From positions 15,091 to 79,090 of the forward strand of contig JAHKAJ010000015.1 of NCBI GenBank assembly GCA_018826075.1: DNA of 64,000 bases, read 5' to 3'. Each line of letters opens with the position of its first letter. The first letter of the stretch is position 1. The notes beneath the pieces are model-generated. The model was not told where the DNA came from, searched no databases, and was given only the letters and a program-made list of their open reading frames with translations. The stretch comes from Candidatus Omnitrophota bacterium. Its GTDB lineage: Bacteria > Omnitrophota > Gorgyraeia > Duberdicusellales > 4484-171. Positions 10,110 to 19,788 of this stretch are shown piece by piece. Made by a program: the position numbers and the translations under genes.

Positions 10110-10769
10110 TCACTTATTTTGTCTATTCTTCCTTTCCTCTTCAGTGATATGATTTTTGATACCGATGAAATCTTTATGTACCGGAATATTTGCATCTCTA
10201 AAAGACTTGTTGCTATCCCGTCCGACAAAAGGTACGCCTGCTTCTTGTGCAGCCAGATAATCCTCGAAAGTATCTCCGATGAATAAAATCTCATCTTTAA
10301 GAATGCATTCGGTATCTATAACATCTTTAATAACCTTTATTTTAGTCCAAGGATAAGCATATATTTTTTTGAAATAGTTCCTTATACCTCTAAAATTAAT
10401 AACCTCATCTAACTCCTGGCTGGGTGTAATTGATGCCAGGTAAAGAGATACTTTTTTATAATAATAATCTAAGAAATCTTTTGCCCCATCAACATAAGGG
10501 CATTTTTTAATTGCACTAAGCACATAACTAGAAAATTTCTCGCTTAGCGTCTGCGCAACGGCCATATCATAACTGCGGCCTAAAATGTTTTCGGTGATAT
10601 ATTTAAATTTTTCATAGCGGATAGTAGCATTATGAGAAAGATGATAGTGCATTATTTCATCTAAATTCTGAGAATAGTCTTTAAAGAGCTCCTTGAAGGC
10701 TGAATCTTTTATGCCCACTGATTCAACAATGGTTCCATCGAAGTCTAAGATAATTGTTTTAAATCTCAT
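10110..10769 (-). CDS. HAD-superfamily phosphatase
   Basis: LDFDGTIVES motif I; FIGDTFED motif IV. Confidence 0.85.
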   Translation of the reverse strand: MRFKTIILDFDGTIVESVGIKDSAFKELFKDYSQNLDEIMHYHLSHNATIRYEKFKYITENILGRSYDMAVAQTLSEKFSSYVLSAIKKCPYVDGAKDFLDYYYKKVSLYLASITPSQELDEVINFRGIRNYFKKIYAYPWTKIKVIKDVIDTECILKDEILFIGDTFEDYLAAQEAGVPFVGRDSNKSFRDANIPVHKDFIGIKNHITEEERKNRQNK

Positions 10770-11575
10770 TGGGTAGAAACTCGTTCTTTTTTTCTGATCT
10801 GATCAGTTATATTTCTCATGCGTTCGCTCCATTTCCATAATAAGAATATATCCGAAGCTAATACCACAAAGGTATAGCCCAATTTAAACTTATCCTCTAT
10901 AGCTTTCATGTCCGGATCGACTATGTGAGTGCCGCAAGCCTTATTGTGACGACGGCAAGAATCAATTACACGTATTGCCGCCTGGTTAACCTTTGGATGG
11001 TCCAATTGACCAGGAATACCCAACGACCCAGAAATATCATAAGGACCAACCATCACTCCATCTATTTGCTCAAAACTCAAAATCTGATCAATATTTTCTA
11101 CTCCCTTGACAGTCTCGATCTGCATAATCAAAGAAGATGAATCATTCCATGCTGACACATACTCATCAAAATCAAAACCATATCCTTGAGCCCGGGCAAC
11201 GCCAAAACTCCGGCTTCCCTCAGGTGGATACTTACACCAAGGGATTATCTTCTCTGCTTCTTCAGGCAAAGACACCATTGGAACCATTAACCCGTCTGCC
11301 CCTGAGTCCAGAAGACGCTTGATCATTTCCTGATTATGAGTAGCAATCCTAGGAAGGCACAAAGTGCCATTCACCTGAGAAGCGGTTATAATTCTCTGTG
11401 TCTGCTCCTGGCTTATGGTGCTATGCTCAATATCAACTCCTACGAAATCTACACCAATCCTGGAAAAAATCTCGGTTATCGAAGGATGACCCAGTGAAGT
11501 CCAAGCGCCAAAAACCGGTTTACGCTGTCTTAACTTCTGTTTAAATTCGTAACGTCTCTGATTTAATTCTTTCAT
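10766..11575 (-). CDS. HpcH/HpaI-family pyruvate aldolase
   Basis: VDIEHS, RLLDSGADGLMVPMV, YPPEGSRS, QIETVKG, MVGPYDIS. Confidence 0.88.
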   Translation of the reverse strand: MKELNQRRYEFKQKLRQRKPVFGAWTSLGHPSITEIFSRIGVDFVGVDIEHSTISQEQTQRIITASQVNGTLCLPRIATHNQEMIKRLLDSGADGLMVPMVSLPEEAEKIIPWCKYPPEGSRSFGVARAQGYGFDFDEYVSAWNDSSSLIMQIETVKGVENIDQILSFEQIDGVMVGPYDISGSLGIPGQLDHPKVNQAAIRVIDSCRRHNKACGTHIVDPDMKAIEDKFKLGYTFVVLASDIFLLWKWSERMRNITDQIRKKERVSTQ

Positions 11576-12257
11576 CTTTTAACAATTCCTCCTCGGCTTT
11601 AGCAGCATCATCGAGAAACATTTTTACGGTTTCCTTAGTGTAGGGATGAATGATCATGCCTTTTAGTAGATTTGGTAAAACAGTTACAATATGAGCTCCG
11701 GCATGTAACCATTCGACAACATTCAACACCTCTCGTGTCGAACCTAATATTATTTTTGACTTCAATTTGAAATCCTCAAGCAATTTAGACAATTTCTTTA
11801 TTTCTTCAACAACGTTATAACCCATATTATTTACTCTTCCGCCAAACATAGAAACATAGGTCGCTCCGGCCATGGCAGCCAAGAAACACTGTTGGGCACT
11901 CATCATCGCCGTAACATTCACCCGAATATTGTGTCTTGTCTCCAACTCATGCACAACTTCTAGGTTATCTAACTCGCCTTCCGGACCGTGAACTGTAATT
12001 TTTACTACGATATTCTCAGCCCAGCTGGAAAACTCCTTAGCTTGATCAAACATCTTTTGACGATCATTAGTGGTAACTTCCACCGACAAAGGATAAGGAG
12101 CAATAACCCTGGCGATGTCTCGAGAACAATCTTTTAAAACTTTTTTAACTCCGGACCGATACAGAATCGTCGGATTAGTGGTCACTCCGCGTATTATCCC
12201 CAGTTTGTGAAACTGTTCTACTTCTTCAACTTTTCCGGTATCCAAAAATATAGCCAT
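11541..12257 (-). CDS. Transaldolase / FSA family protein
   Basis: FLDTG, GVTTNPT, LSVEV, VVKI (Schiff-base Lys), NVT, AGATYVSMFGGR, HPYT. Confidence 0.88.
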   Translation of the reverse strand: MAIFLDTGKVEEVEQFHKLGIIRGVTTNPTILYRSGVKKVLKDCSRDIARVIAPYPLSVEVTTNDRQKMFDQAKEFSSWAENIVVKITVHGPEGELDNLEVVHELETRHNIRVNVTAMMSAQQCFLAAMAGATYVSMFGGRVNNMGYNVVEEIKKLSKLLEDFKLKSKIILGSTREVLNVVEWLHAGAHIVTVLPNLLKGMIIHPYTKETVKMFLDDAAKAEEELLKDERIKSETLRI

Positions 12258-12308
12258 AAAAATTCCTCCTTACTAATTGTTAATAACTATTTTGTTTTCA
12301 AAAACTTT

Positions 12309-12917
12309 TCATTTATTGTGTGCTAATGTACTTTCCCATTTATTTCCTGTCTGCATGACTCTGGGGTCAGAAACAATCAAATGCCAGATAACTCCCTGAA
12401 AAGCTTCGGTTTGAGGAGTAATCGTGTCGGGATTAACCACTGGTATAGTCAAACAGGCATCTGCTAATTTAGCGGTGTAACCGCCATCGTGGCCGACTAC
12501 GCCGACTATTTTAGCCTTGCAGCCTTTTGCATAATCAAGGGCATCGACAATATTAACACTTATATTTCTTTCCCGGTCACCGCCACCTACTGAAAAAACA
12601 AACAGGCAGTCTTTAGTATTCAAATTGCTGCCTTTAAGCCACTGGCTAAAAACCGTATGCCAGCCTTCGTCGTTAGTTCGGGCTGTCAGCTCAGAAATAT
12701 TATCTACCGGCGTATAAGCTTCAAAGCCGGCTATTTTTCTAAAATCGTTGACCGCGTGAGAACAATTTCCAGCGCTGCCGCCTACGCCGATAAAAAATAA
12801 ACGCCCTTTCTGGCTGCGGACTTTGAGCAAAACCTCTATCATCTTTTCGATTTGGCTTCGGTCTATCTTTTCGATAATAGCTGCGGCTTCTTTCAAATAC
12901 TGTTCTGGGTATAACAT
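12309..12917 (-). CDS. gmhA: SIS-domain phosphoheptose isomerase-like protein
   Basis: GVGGSAGNCSHAVND, LTARTNDEG, SVGGG, TPQTE. Confidence 0.75.
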   Translation of the reverse strand: MLYPEQYLKEAAAIIEKIDRSQIEKMIEVLLKVRSQKGRLFFIGVGGSAGNCSHAVNDFRKIAGFEAYTPVDNISELTARTNDEGWHTVFSQWLKGSNLNTKDCLFVFSVGGGDRERNISVNIVDALDYAKGCKAKIVGVVGHDGGYTAKLADACLTIPVVNPDTITPQTEAFQGVIWHLIVSDPRVMQTGNKWESTLAHNK

Positions 12918-12921
12918 CTGA

Positions 12922-13944
12922 CTATTTCTCCTTTTTCCTTAATAATATCCGGGCATAAGAACTGAGTAGATTGGCTTGTAAAAACTGTTGAAAAGAACGC
13001 TTAACATTCTCATCCCTATTTTCAACTATATATTTTACAAATCTAGGAAGCTTTACACTCTTGTTTTGTTGAGCTGTTTTGGCCACTATTGCCAAATCTA
13101 ACACCCCTGGCGTACTGAATTCAATACACTCAAAACCACGCCTTTCAAATAGAACCTTCAAACCTTCTACCGTAAACAGGTTCATTCTATCCGGCGGACA
13201 TAAATTTTCGGCCTTATCCCAAAGAATCTGTAAATCAAAACCGGAAATCAAAACTGTGGTTATGAAACAAAGCCCGCCCGACCTCAACATCTTATAGACT
13301 TTATCCAACAAAAGGTCAACATCAGAAGCCCGGTCAATGACTTCAAATAAGCAGACAACATCAGCTTCGTTACACAGATAAAGGTCTGCGATTTTGGAAT
13401 TTATAACTTTTATTTCCGAACTGAGCTTAAGGCTGTCTAGATCGAGAAAAGGATTTATTAATATTTTCTGCTCAAACTGCTCGGCTCCCAATATTTCTTC
13501 AATATAGTTATAGTGAGCGGTATTAATATCGACCAATTTCTTAGCCTGCGGAAAATATTCGGCAGTTGCGCCGTTTATCCAATCAAAACGCGGCTTGATT
13601 ATTTTCTCTTTCCTCTTGGAAGCTGTTACCTTAGAAAGTTCTTCCCGCCAGAATATCCGCGCTTGAGAATTGCGGTAATAATCGATTAAGGCCGCTTCAC
13701 TGGGCCGCGGCGACAGATAAACCGTTTTACAACTCTCACATTCTAAATAAGTTAAGCCCAATTTTACAAAAGCTTCTTTCTGGCCTCTGCTCTGGCAACC
13801 CGGACAAAGGCAAGGGGTTAGAATTTCCTCATTTACCAAAAAAGAAAAGACATCTTTTTCGATAAGCTTTAAATAAGTATTGAATAATTCTGAAGGCTTT
13901 AAATCAATTTCATTATATTCATCAAAGATTACAATATTTCTCAT
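12922..13944 (-). CDS. Methyltransferase-fold protein with N-terminal Cys pairs (start refined to ATG 13944, GGAGG upstream)
   Basis: CPGC/CESC, SPRP, LFEVIDR, GGLCFITT, GFDLQILW, TPGVLD; SAM motif I degenerate. Confidence 0.7.
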   Translation of the reverse strand: MRNIVIFDEYNEIDLKPSELFNTYLKLIEKDVFSFLVNEEILTPCLCPGCQSRGQKEAFVKLGLTYLECESCKTVYLSPRPSEAALIDYYRNSQARIFWREELSKVTASKRKEKIIKPRFDWINGATAEYFPQAKKLVDINTAHYNYIEEILGAEQFEQKILINPFLDLDSLKLSSEIKVINSKIADLYLCNEADVVCLFEVIDRASDVDLLLDKVYKMLRSGGLCFITTVLISGFDLQILWDKAENLCPPDRMNLFTVEGLKVLFERRGFECIEFSTPGVLDLAIVAKTAQQNKSVKLPRFVKYIVENRDENVKRSFQQFLQANLLSSYARILLRKKEK

Positions 13945-14962
13945 CGCCAATCCTCCCTTCGGCCTTGCCGTCTTGATAGGCTTTATCAATGATTTCCATA
14001 ACTGATAAGGCATCACTCGATGAGCTGCTGACAACCGGGCTATCGCTGTCAATACACTTTATAAATTCTTCTACCTCCAGCTCCCATGATTGATCACGAT
14101 CAAAATAAGTTATTTCCTCAGCCGGATTGCCGACCGCGCTAGCTTCATCTTCGAATTGCCGCCGGCCGACAACTAATTTTTCTCTTCCGTAGCTGCCTGA
14201 TTTAGACAAAAGGCCTTCGATTAAAATGTAGCCTTGTTCGAATATGATATTCAGTTGAAAGGCGTGTTTCCAAAGCGTAGCTGAGGAATGCAAAAAAGCA
14301 TTCTGGCCTCTTTGGTTTTGTAAAATAACATAAGCATTGTCTTCGAGATCGAACTTCCAGAATCTATTGCTGAGAAAACACTTTATTTTCTGGAAATCAC
14401 CGCAAAAATAACGAAAAAGATCCAACATGTGTATGCCTTGATCAAGTAATATGCCGCCGCCGGATAAATCTCTATTGTTTCGCCATGATTTTGCAAAGTT
14501 CAATCCTCCCGATTTACCATATACACCCCGCAAACCTATAATTTCACCAAGCCTTTTGCTGTCAACGATGACTTTAGCTTTCATTACCGCCGGATGAAAA
14601 CGGTGGTTAAAACCGAACATCAGTTTGGTTTTGGCGCCTTCTGCGGCGATTATGCTCTGAATATCCTCTAAATTTCTTCCCGGCGGTTTCTCACAAAAAA
14701 CGTGTTTACCTCTGTTCATGCTTTCAATACAAATCTTAGGCGAATAGCTGTTAGGCGTACAAACAAAGATTATTTCCGGATCTCTCCGGATAAGTTCTTG
14801 GAATGATTTAAATACCGGGCAGCCGTCAACGGCTTTGGCTGCTTCCGGATCGGGATCAACGATCCCGATTAACTTTAAACGCGGATTATTTTCGATAACC
14901 AATTTGCGTATTTTACCCATATAACCATAACCGACTATGCCAACCTTATAAATCTTATTCAT
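13922..14962 (-). CDS. Gfo/Idh/MocA oxidoreductase
   Basis: GIVGYGYMG, HVFCEKPP, GFNHRF, SGGGILLDQGIH. Confidence 0.9.
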   Translation of the reverse strand: MNKIYKVGIVGYGYMGKIRKLVIENNPRLKLIGIVDPDPEAAKAVDGCPVFKSFQELIRRDPEIIFVCTPNSYSPKICIESMNRGKHVFCEKPPGRNLEDIQSIIAAEGAKTKLMFGFNHRFHPAVMKAKVIVDSKRLGEIIGLRGVYGKSGGLNFAKSWRNNRDLSGGGILLDQGIHMLDLFRYFCGDFQKIKCFLSNRFWKFDLEDNAYVILQNQRGQNAFLHSSATLWKHAFQLNIIFEQGYILIEGLLSKSGSYGREKLVVGRRQFEDEASAVGNPAEEITYFDRDQSWELEVEEFIKCIDSDSPVVSSSSSDALSVMEIIDKAYQDGKAEGRIGDEKYCNL

Positions 14963-14971
14963 AATATATCC

Positions 14972-16819
14972 TCATTCAACGAACTTAGCCAAAGTTTCTT
15001 TGCTGGGCGGATGAAAATAGCTAGCCAGATAAGCCTTAGCTTTATCCCTTTGCAGATTAAAATCTTCCTGGCTTAAATTGTCTATCTCATCTAGTTTTGC
15101 TTTTAAAGAATCTTCTTTATGGACTACCCATTTTAGATGGCGGCAATCAAACAAAGGATCATAACTTAAAATTTCTCCGCGGTCAAAATGGATAACCGGT
15201 TTACCGATACTTAAGGCTTCCAGAGAAACAGTGGTTCCCCAATAGATAACAATATCGGCCCAAATAATATCGTCATAGAGATAATTTCCGTTGGAAACGC
15301 TGACGTTAGGCATCCGGCTCAAATCATAAGCAAACCTTCTTTTAAAATAAGGCCAGGGAACCATGGGATGAGTCCTTATTTTTATATGATAGCCGTTACG
15401 GCCCTGCATCTGGCTTAAAACATAATCCACTATACAGTGGACATCGATATTGCCTTCCAAAGCCACCAAAATATTCTTCAAACGCTTTCTTGGCTGAAAA
15501 GGTTTATCAAAAAGATATTCAAAACGCAAACCACAGGTAGCCTCAATAAAGCCCGGCTCATATTCACCATACCTCTCCATAATCTTCTTGGTTTCAACCC
15601 CAACAGTCAATATTTTATCCGGCAAAGGAGATAATGACCTATCGTGACCGACAACAAACATATTCACTGAAGATTGAGGAACAACCGTATGTTGATAGCC
15701 GATAATCCGGCTAGCCGGAGAATATCGCCTTAAAGCTAATATACACATCCGTTCCCAAGGTTTATTCTCATAAGTTAGAAGGAACTTTTCAACAGCAACT
15801 TTCTTAATCAGATTCTTAGTGCTCCAATAATGCAAAAAATGATAAAATCGGACGCCCTTAAAGGTCCTTTTTAATTCAGCGTTGATTATATCGGAAACAT
15901 CGTATCCGAAAAATAAAACCTTCCGATTAATCCTGATTTTAGTAAATAAAAACTCTATGGCCGCCTTTACAATACTCGGCAAAGTTAAGAGAGCTTCTAC
16001 CGGCAAAATAATCCGCTGCTGGCATTGGCTAATTTTTTTTAGGCACTGTTTATAATCACCTAAAATGCAGGCGTAAATCAAACTCTTTTGCTTACCCTTT
16101 AAAAACTCCGGCAAACTACCAAAAAAAACATCGCGGTAACTACCGTCTTTTAAAAACGAATGGTTATAAATAAAAGTTTTAATAACATAATAGGACTTTT
16201 TAGGATTAAGCTCTTTTTTTATCCTTGAGCCTAATTGTTTTCTGGCATATAAACTACGGCGATAAAACTTTACCGTCTTATATATAACTCCGATGGTTCT
16301 TCGAACAGTTATATATATTGAATCTAACCGCTTCTCGGCCGGATTACCGAAATAATGAAATTGTATATTAACGCTCTTTAAAGTTTTCTTCAGTAACCCG
16401 ATTGTGCTAATTGCCGGGCCGACAATAATTAACTGCAGATAGTCTTCATCTTTGGCAACTTTTGTCATAGTCAAAAACTGATAAAGAAACTCTGGAACTT
16501 TTGAGGCAAATCTGTCTTTGGAGGCTATATCGGTAGCCCACCATACCTTAGAAGAACTAAACTCTTGGGAACAACTCGCAATAGCTTTGTTGTATTCACG
16601 CAGGAATGCATCACGATAAAACTCATCGTGTTCGGACTTAGGGATTTTTTTAAAATTCTTAGCTTCGAGAAGATCCTCAGCCTTTTTGCTGACAGTTTTC
16701 CACAAAAGATATTTCCTGCCTTTTTGCTCTTTAGACGAAAGTGTAGCGAGATAGCTGATTAGCCGTCTTTCGGTTTTAAAAACAAGCGCTGATTTTATAA
16801 ATAGAGTTTCTTTATTCAT
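14972..16819 (-). CDS. Surface-carbohydrate biosynthesis protein, putative GT-B-like transferase
   Basis: YENKPWER...GYQHTVV...PDKILTVG, IRTHP, TTVSLEALSIGKPVI C-terminal motifs; context. Confidence 0.5.
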   Translation of the reverse strand: MNKETLFIKSALVFKTERRLISYLATLSSKEQKGRKYLLWKTVSKKAEDLLEAKNFKKIPKSEHDEFYRDAFLREYNKAIASCSQEFSSSKVWWATDIASKDRFASKVPEFLYQFLTMTKVAKDEDYLQLIIVGPAISTIGLLKKTLKSVNIQFHYFGNPAEKRLDSIYITVRRTIGVIYKTVKFYRRSLYARKQLGSRIKKELNPKKSYYVIKTFIYNHSFLKDGSYRDVFFGSLPEFLKGKQKSLIYACILGDYKQCLKKISQCQQRIILPVEALLTLPSIVKAAIEFLFTKIRINRKVLFFGYDVSDIINAELKRTFKGVRFYHFLHYWSTKNLIKKVAVEKFLLTYENKPWERMCILALRRYSPASRIIGYQHTVVPQSSVNMFVVGHDRSLSPLPDKILTVGVETKKIMERYGEYEPGFIEATCGLRFEYLFDKPFQPRKRLKNILVALEGNIDVHCIVDYVLSQMQGRNGYHIKIRTHPMVPWPYFKRRFAYDLSRMPNVSVSNGNYLYDDIIWADIVIYWGTTVSLEALSIGKPVIHFDRGEILSYDPLFDCRHLKWVVHKEDSLKAKLDEIDNLSQEDFNLQRDKAKAYLASYFHPPSKETLAKFVE

Positions 16820-16822
16820 TAA

Positions 16823-18991
16823 CTATAGCACTCCGGTGTATTTGTCTCTCAAATAAACAGCTTTAAAAGGGCTTACCGTTCCTTGAAAAACTTGCCTTAC
16901 CTTATCATGGCCCCAAATATTACCGTAACGCTCGGCCGCATCGGCTAAAACTTTCTCTCGAGGAAGTTTTGCTTTAAACCCATCCAAGAGCCATTTCAAA
17001 TAGGTACCTATTCTTTCAGCGGCCCGACCATCCCTAAAAGGATCTATCTCATCAAGTATGGACGACCAATTGCCAAATTCCGGCATGCTCGAAGCATTAT
17101 TCCAATACTCACTGCATGTCTTCCATAAATTCTGCCAATCAGTGAAAACAACACGCCCTGTACCTAATCTGTACAATGAGCTTACTTTCCAACCTTCTCT
17201 GTCCAAAAGAAGTGTCGGCGCGCCGGCTAAAGCCGACTCCACCCCTGCTGTTGCCACGCAAAGATGACCATGAACCGCAACATCACAAGCAATAGCTGCT
17301 AATGCCGGGGGATACCAACCATGCAACAGACCTCCTTCAATTACCAAACATCGGCCAGTCTCCTCAGCGCGCTTCAATAATTCGGCCACTTTTCCCAATC
17401 GCAATCTCAGTGTAGTTGGAACCTTGGGTTTGAAAATAATTCCCAGCTCCGGTTCTGATAAAACTCTTTCAAGTAAAAAACTATAATTCTCCCGCATAAA
17501 CTCATGACCGGTATGCCAACGAGAATCATCAGCTGAACCTTCATCAAAATAAGCTAAGATATATTTTGCTCCGCTCTCTTTAAGTTTATTTCGAATTGCT
17601 TGAGCCGGTTTTTTCAGCAAAGGAAACCTATGGTCACCAAAATAACCTACAGCAACATGATAGGGGATTAATGAGCCGGACCTTCTTTCGATGTCTGCAT
17701 TCCGAGAAGAAAATCCAAAAACTATATCTGAAACAATAGTTGTGCCCATCGAAGAAAACTCTTCAAATGCTCTCTGGTAGATAGCCAAAACTCCTCCTAG
17801 TTTTTCTAAAACATCGGCTATTATGCAATGTTCATGGCCATATTTATACCAAGTTAAATATATTTTCCCATTATAACTGGTAAAAAAATCAAACCAATAA
17901 TTATATTGTGAGACAAAATAAGCCAATTGCTGCTTTAGCCATTTCTTTTCTGCCTTATCTTTTGAAAGGTCTAAACTACTTTTGAAATAATTCACATCTA
18001 GATTGCACTTCCGATGATAAAATACCTCAGCATTTGGAACCTCAACAGCATCGGGAGAAAGAGCAATTGCCCTCATGTCGTACTGTTCAACTTCTTGCAG
18101 CTTTTTTTTATCTAAAGGATCCTCGGCGAAGTTAAAATTAATAACTATATCTTCAGCTGACAAACTGGAATTTTGCCAAAAGAATAAATCAGAAGTTAAT
18201 TCTGGTTGGGCTAAATTAAGGTGTCCGTAGTATTGAACTGCTAGTTTTGGCGATGGATTTCGAGCCGGGAAAACAGCCCTCGTCTGTCTTAAAAACTTAA
18301 TAAGCCCTTCTCGTTTAATAAAAAAACATATACTTTGGAAAAGCTTTAGTTTTGCTCCGCTAAGCCTTACTAAAATATCTCTGAGATTGATGTGCCAATT
18401 TTTTATCGGTATAAGTTCTACTTTGTACTTAGAAGAGTACTTCTTTATCTCCCTCCACCACATCCTCTTATTTATGAAGAGAACTTTTTCTGTATCCTTA
18501 GCTGAAGAATCTTCTTTGGTTTTCCATAGGGCAAGCTGAATTAAAAGCTGTGCCCGCCATACAGTAGAATTTACATTGTAATAAAGATTGGCGATTCGCT
18601 TAGTAAGAAATGTTAGTGTTTTTTTATTAATCTCTTGGCAAGAATCTAATTTTTTAAAAATATCACGAGATAAGATGTCTTTTTGAACCTCAGCAAAATC
18701 GAAATAATCCAGTCTCAGCCTTATGAGATTTCCCGAATCATCTTTAATGTCAATGATTCGAAATTCCAGCTTCCGGAAAGAAAAGCCTAATATTCGAGAA
18801 ATGAAACCAGCAAGAACAAATCCGGCTTTACTCGTATCAATTACATATATATCTTTCTTTATTGATTGCGGCTTTTTTTTCAACAAATAAGGCAATACAT
18901 AAAATAAGTATGAACTCAGAGTGAGCTCCTCAATAAAACACAAACAATGAGTGTCTTTATTACAAGATTGTTTTTGTGTTGAAAAATTCAT
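16823..18991 (-). CDS. Large hypothetical surface-glycan protein, putative GT-B-like (start refined to ATG 18991)
   Basis: ~720-aa ORF; YFDE, IFKPK, TAGVESALAGAPTL, DPFRDGRAAERI C-terminal motifs resemble GT-B tails. Confidence 0.45.
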   Translation of the reverse strand: MNFSTQKQSCNKDTHCLCFIEELTLSSYLFYVLPYLLKKKPQSIKKDIYVIDTSKAGFVLAGFISRILGFSFRKLEFRIIDIKDDSGNLIRLRLDYFDFAEVQKDILSRDIFKKLDSCQEINKKTLTFLTKRIANLYYNVNSTVWRAQLLIQLALWKTKEDSSAKDTEKVLFINKRMWWREIKKYSSKYKVELIPIKNWHINLRDILVRLSGAKLKLFQSICFFIKREGLIKFLRQTRAVFPARNPSPKLAVQYYGHLNLAQPELTSDLFFWQNSSLSAEDIVINFNFAEDPLDKKKLQEVEQYDMRAIALSPDAVEVPNAEVFYHRKCNLDVNYFKSSLDLSKDKAEKKWLKQQLAYFVSQYNYWFDFFTSYNGKIYLTWYKYGHEHCIIADVLEKLGGVLAIYQRAFEEFSSMGTTIVSDIVFGFSSRNADIERRSGSLIPYHVAVGYFGDHRFPLLKKPAQAIRNKLKESGAKYILAYFDEGSADDSRWHTGHEFMRENYSFLLERVLSEPELGIIFKPKVPTTLRLRLGKVAELLKRAEETGRCLVIEGGLLHGWYPPALAAIACDVAVHGHLCVATAGVESALAGAPTLLLDREGWKVSSLYRLGTGRVVFTDWQNLWKTCSEYWNNASSMPEFGNWSSILDEIDPFRDGRAAERIGTYLKWLLDGFKAKLPREKVLADAAERYGNIWGHDKVRQVFQGTVSPFKAVYLRDKYTGVL

Positions 18992-19007
18992 AATACTCTG
19001 CAATATT

Positions 19008-19769
19008 TCACCAGGCGCTCCAACCGCCATCCACATTTAATACTTCACCAGTTATATAGTTTGATGCTTCACTGGCCAGAAAAAGACAGCAGTTAGCTAC
19101 ATCCAGGGAGCTGCCCCATTTCTTTTGGGGTGTTCTTTCTATAGTAAACTTATATAAATCTTCTTTCTTCTTGAAATTTTCAAAGTATGAAGTCTGGCAA
19201 AATCCGGGAGCAATAGTATTAACGTTAATATTATGCTCTGCCCATTCAAGAGCCAAACACTTTGAAAGCGTAATGATAGCTCCCTTAGAAGCTCCATAGG
19301 CTGAAAGCTCAGGTAAGCCAAGAGTTCCAACAATAGAAGAAATATTTATAATCTTGCCACTCTTTTTTGAAACCATACTTTTGCCAACTTCGCGGCAAAA
19401 GAAATAAACACTATTAAGATTATTACTTATTACTTGATTCCACTCTTGGCTGTTGGTATCAAGGAATTTTTTTCTAAATCGCATGCCGGCATTATTTATA
19501 AGTAGATCGATCTTATTAAATTTTTCAATTGTTTGCTTCACAAATTTCTCAACAACCTCTTCCTTGGATACATCCCCTTCATATAAAAATATACGCTTGG
19601 AATCAAAACTAACTTCCTCTTTAAGGCTTGATAAATCCTTTAAATTTCTGCTAATAAGAGCAATATTCGCTCCTTCTTTATAAAAAAGCTTGGCAGTCTC
19701 TCTTCCTATACCTTTGCCAGCGCCGCTAATAATAGCTACTTTATCTTTTAATGCGTATTCCTGGGCCAT
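19008..19769 (-). CDS. SDR-family oxidoreductase
   Basis: SGAGKGIG, LINNAG, YGASK, NTIAPG, VDGGW. Confidence 0.9.
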   Translation of the reverse strand: MAQEYALKDKVAIISGAGKGIGRETAKLFYKEGANIALISRNLKDLSSLKEEVSFDSKRIFLYEGDVSKEEVVEKFVKQTIEKFNKIDLLINNAGMRFRKKFLDTNSQEWNQVISNNLNSVYFFCREVGKSMVSKKSGKIINISSIVGTLGLPELSAYGASKGAIITLSKCLALEWAEHNINVNTIAPGFCQTSYFENFKKKEDLYKFTIERTPQKKWGSSLDVANCCLFLASEASNYITGEVLNVDGGWSAW

Positions 19770-19788
19770 TTTCGCACCTCCGAATCTG

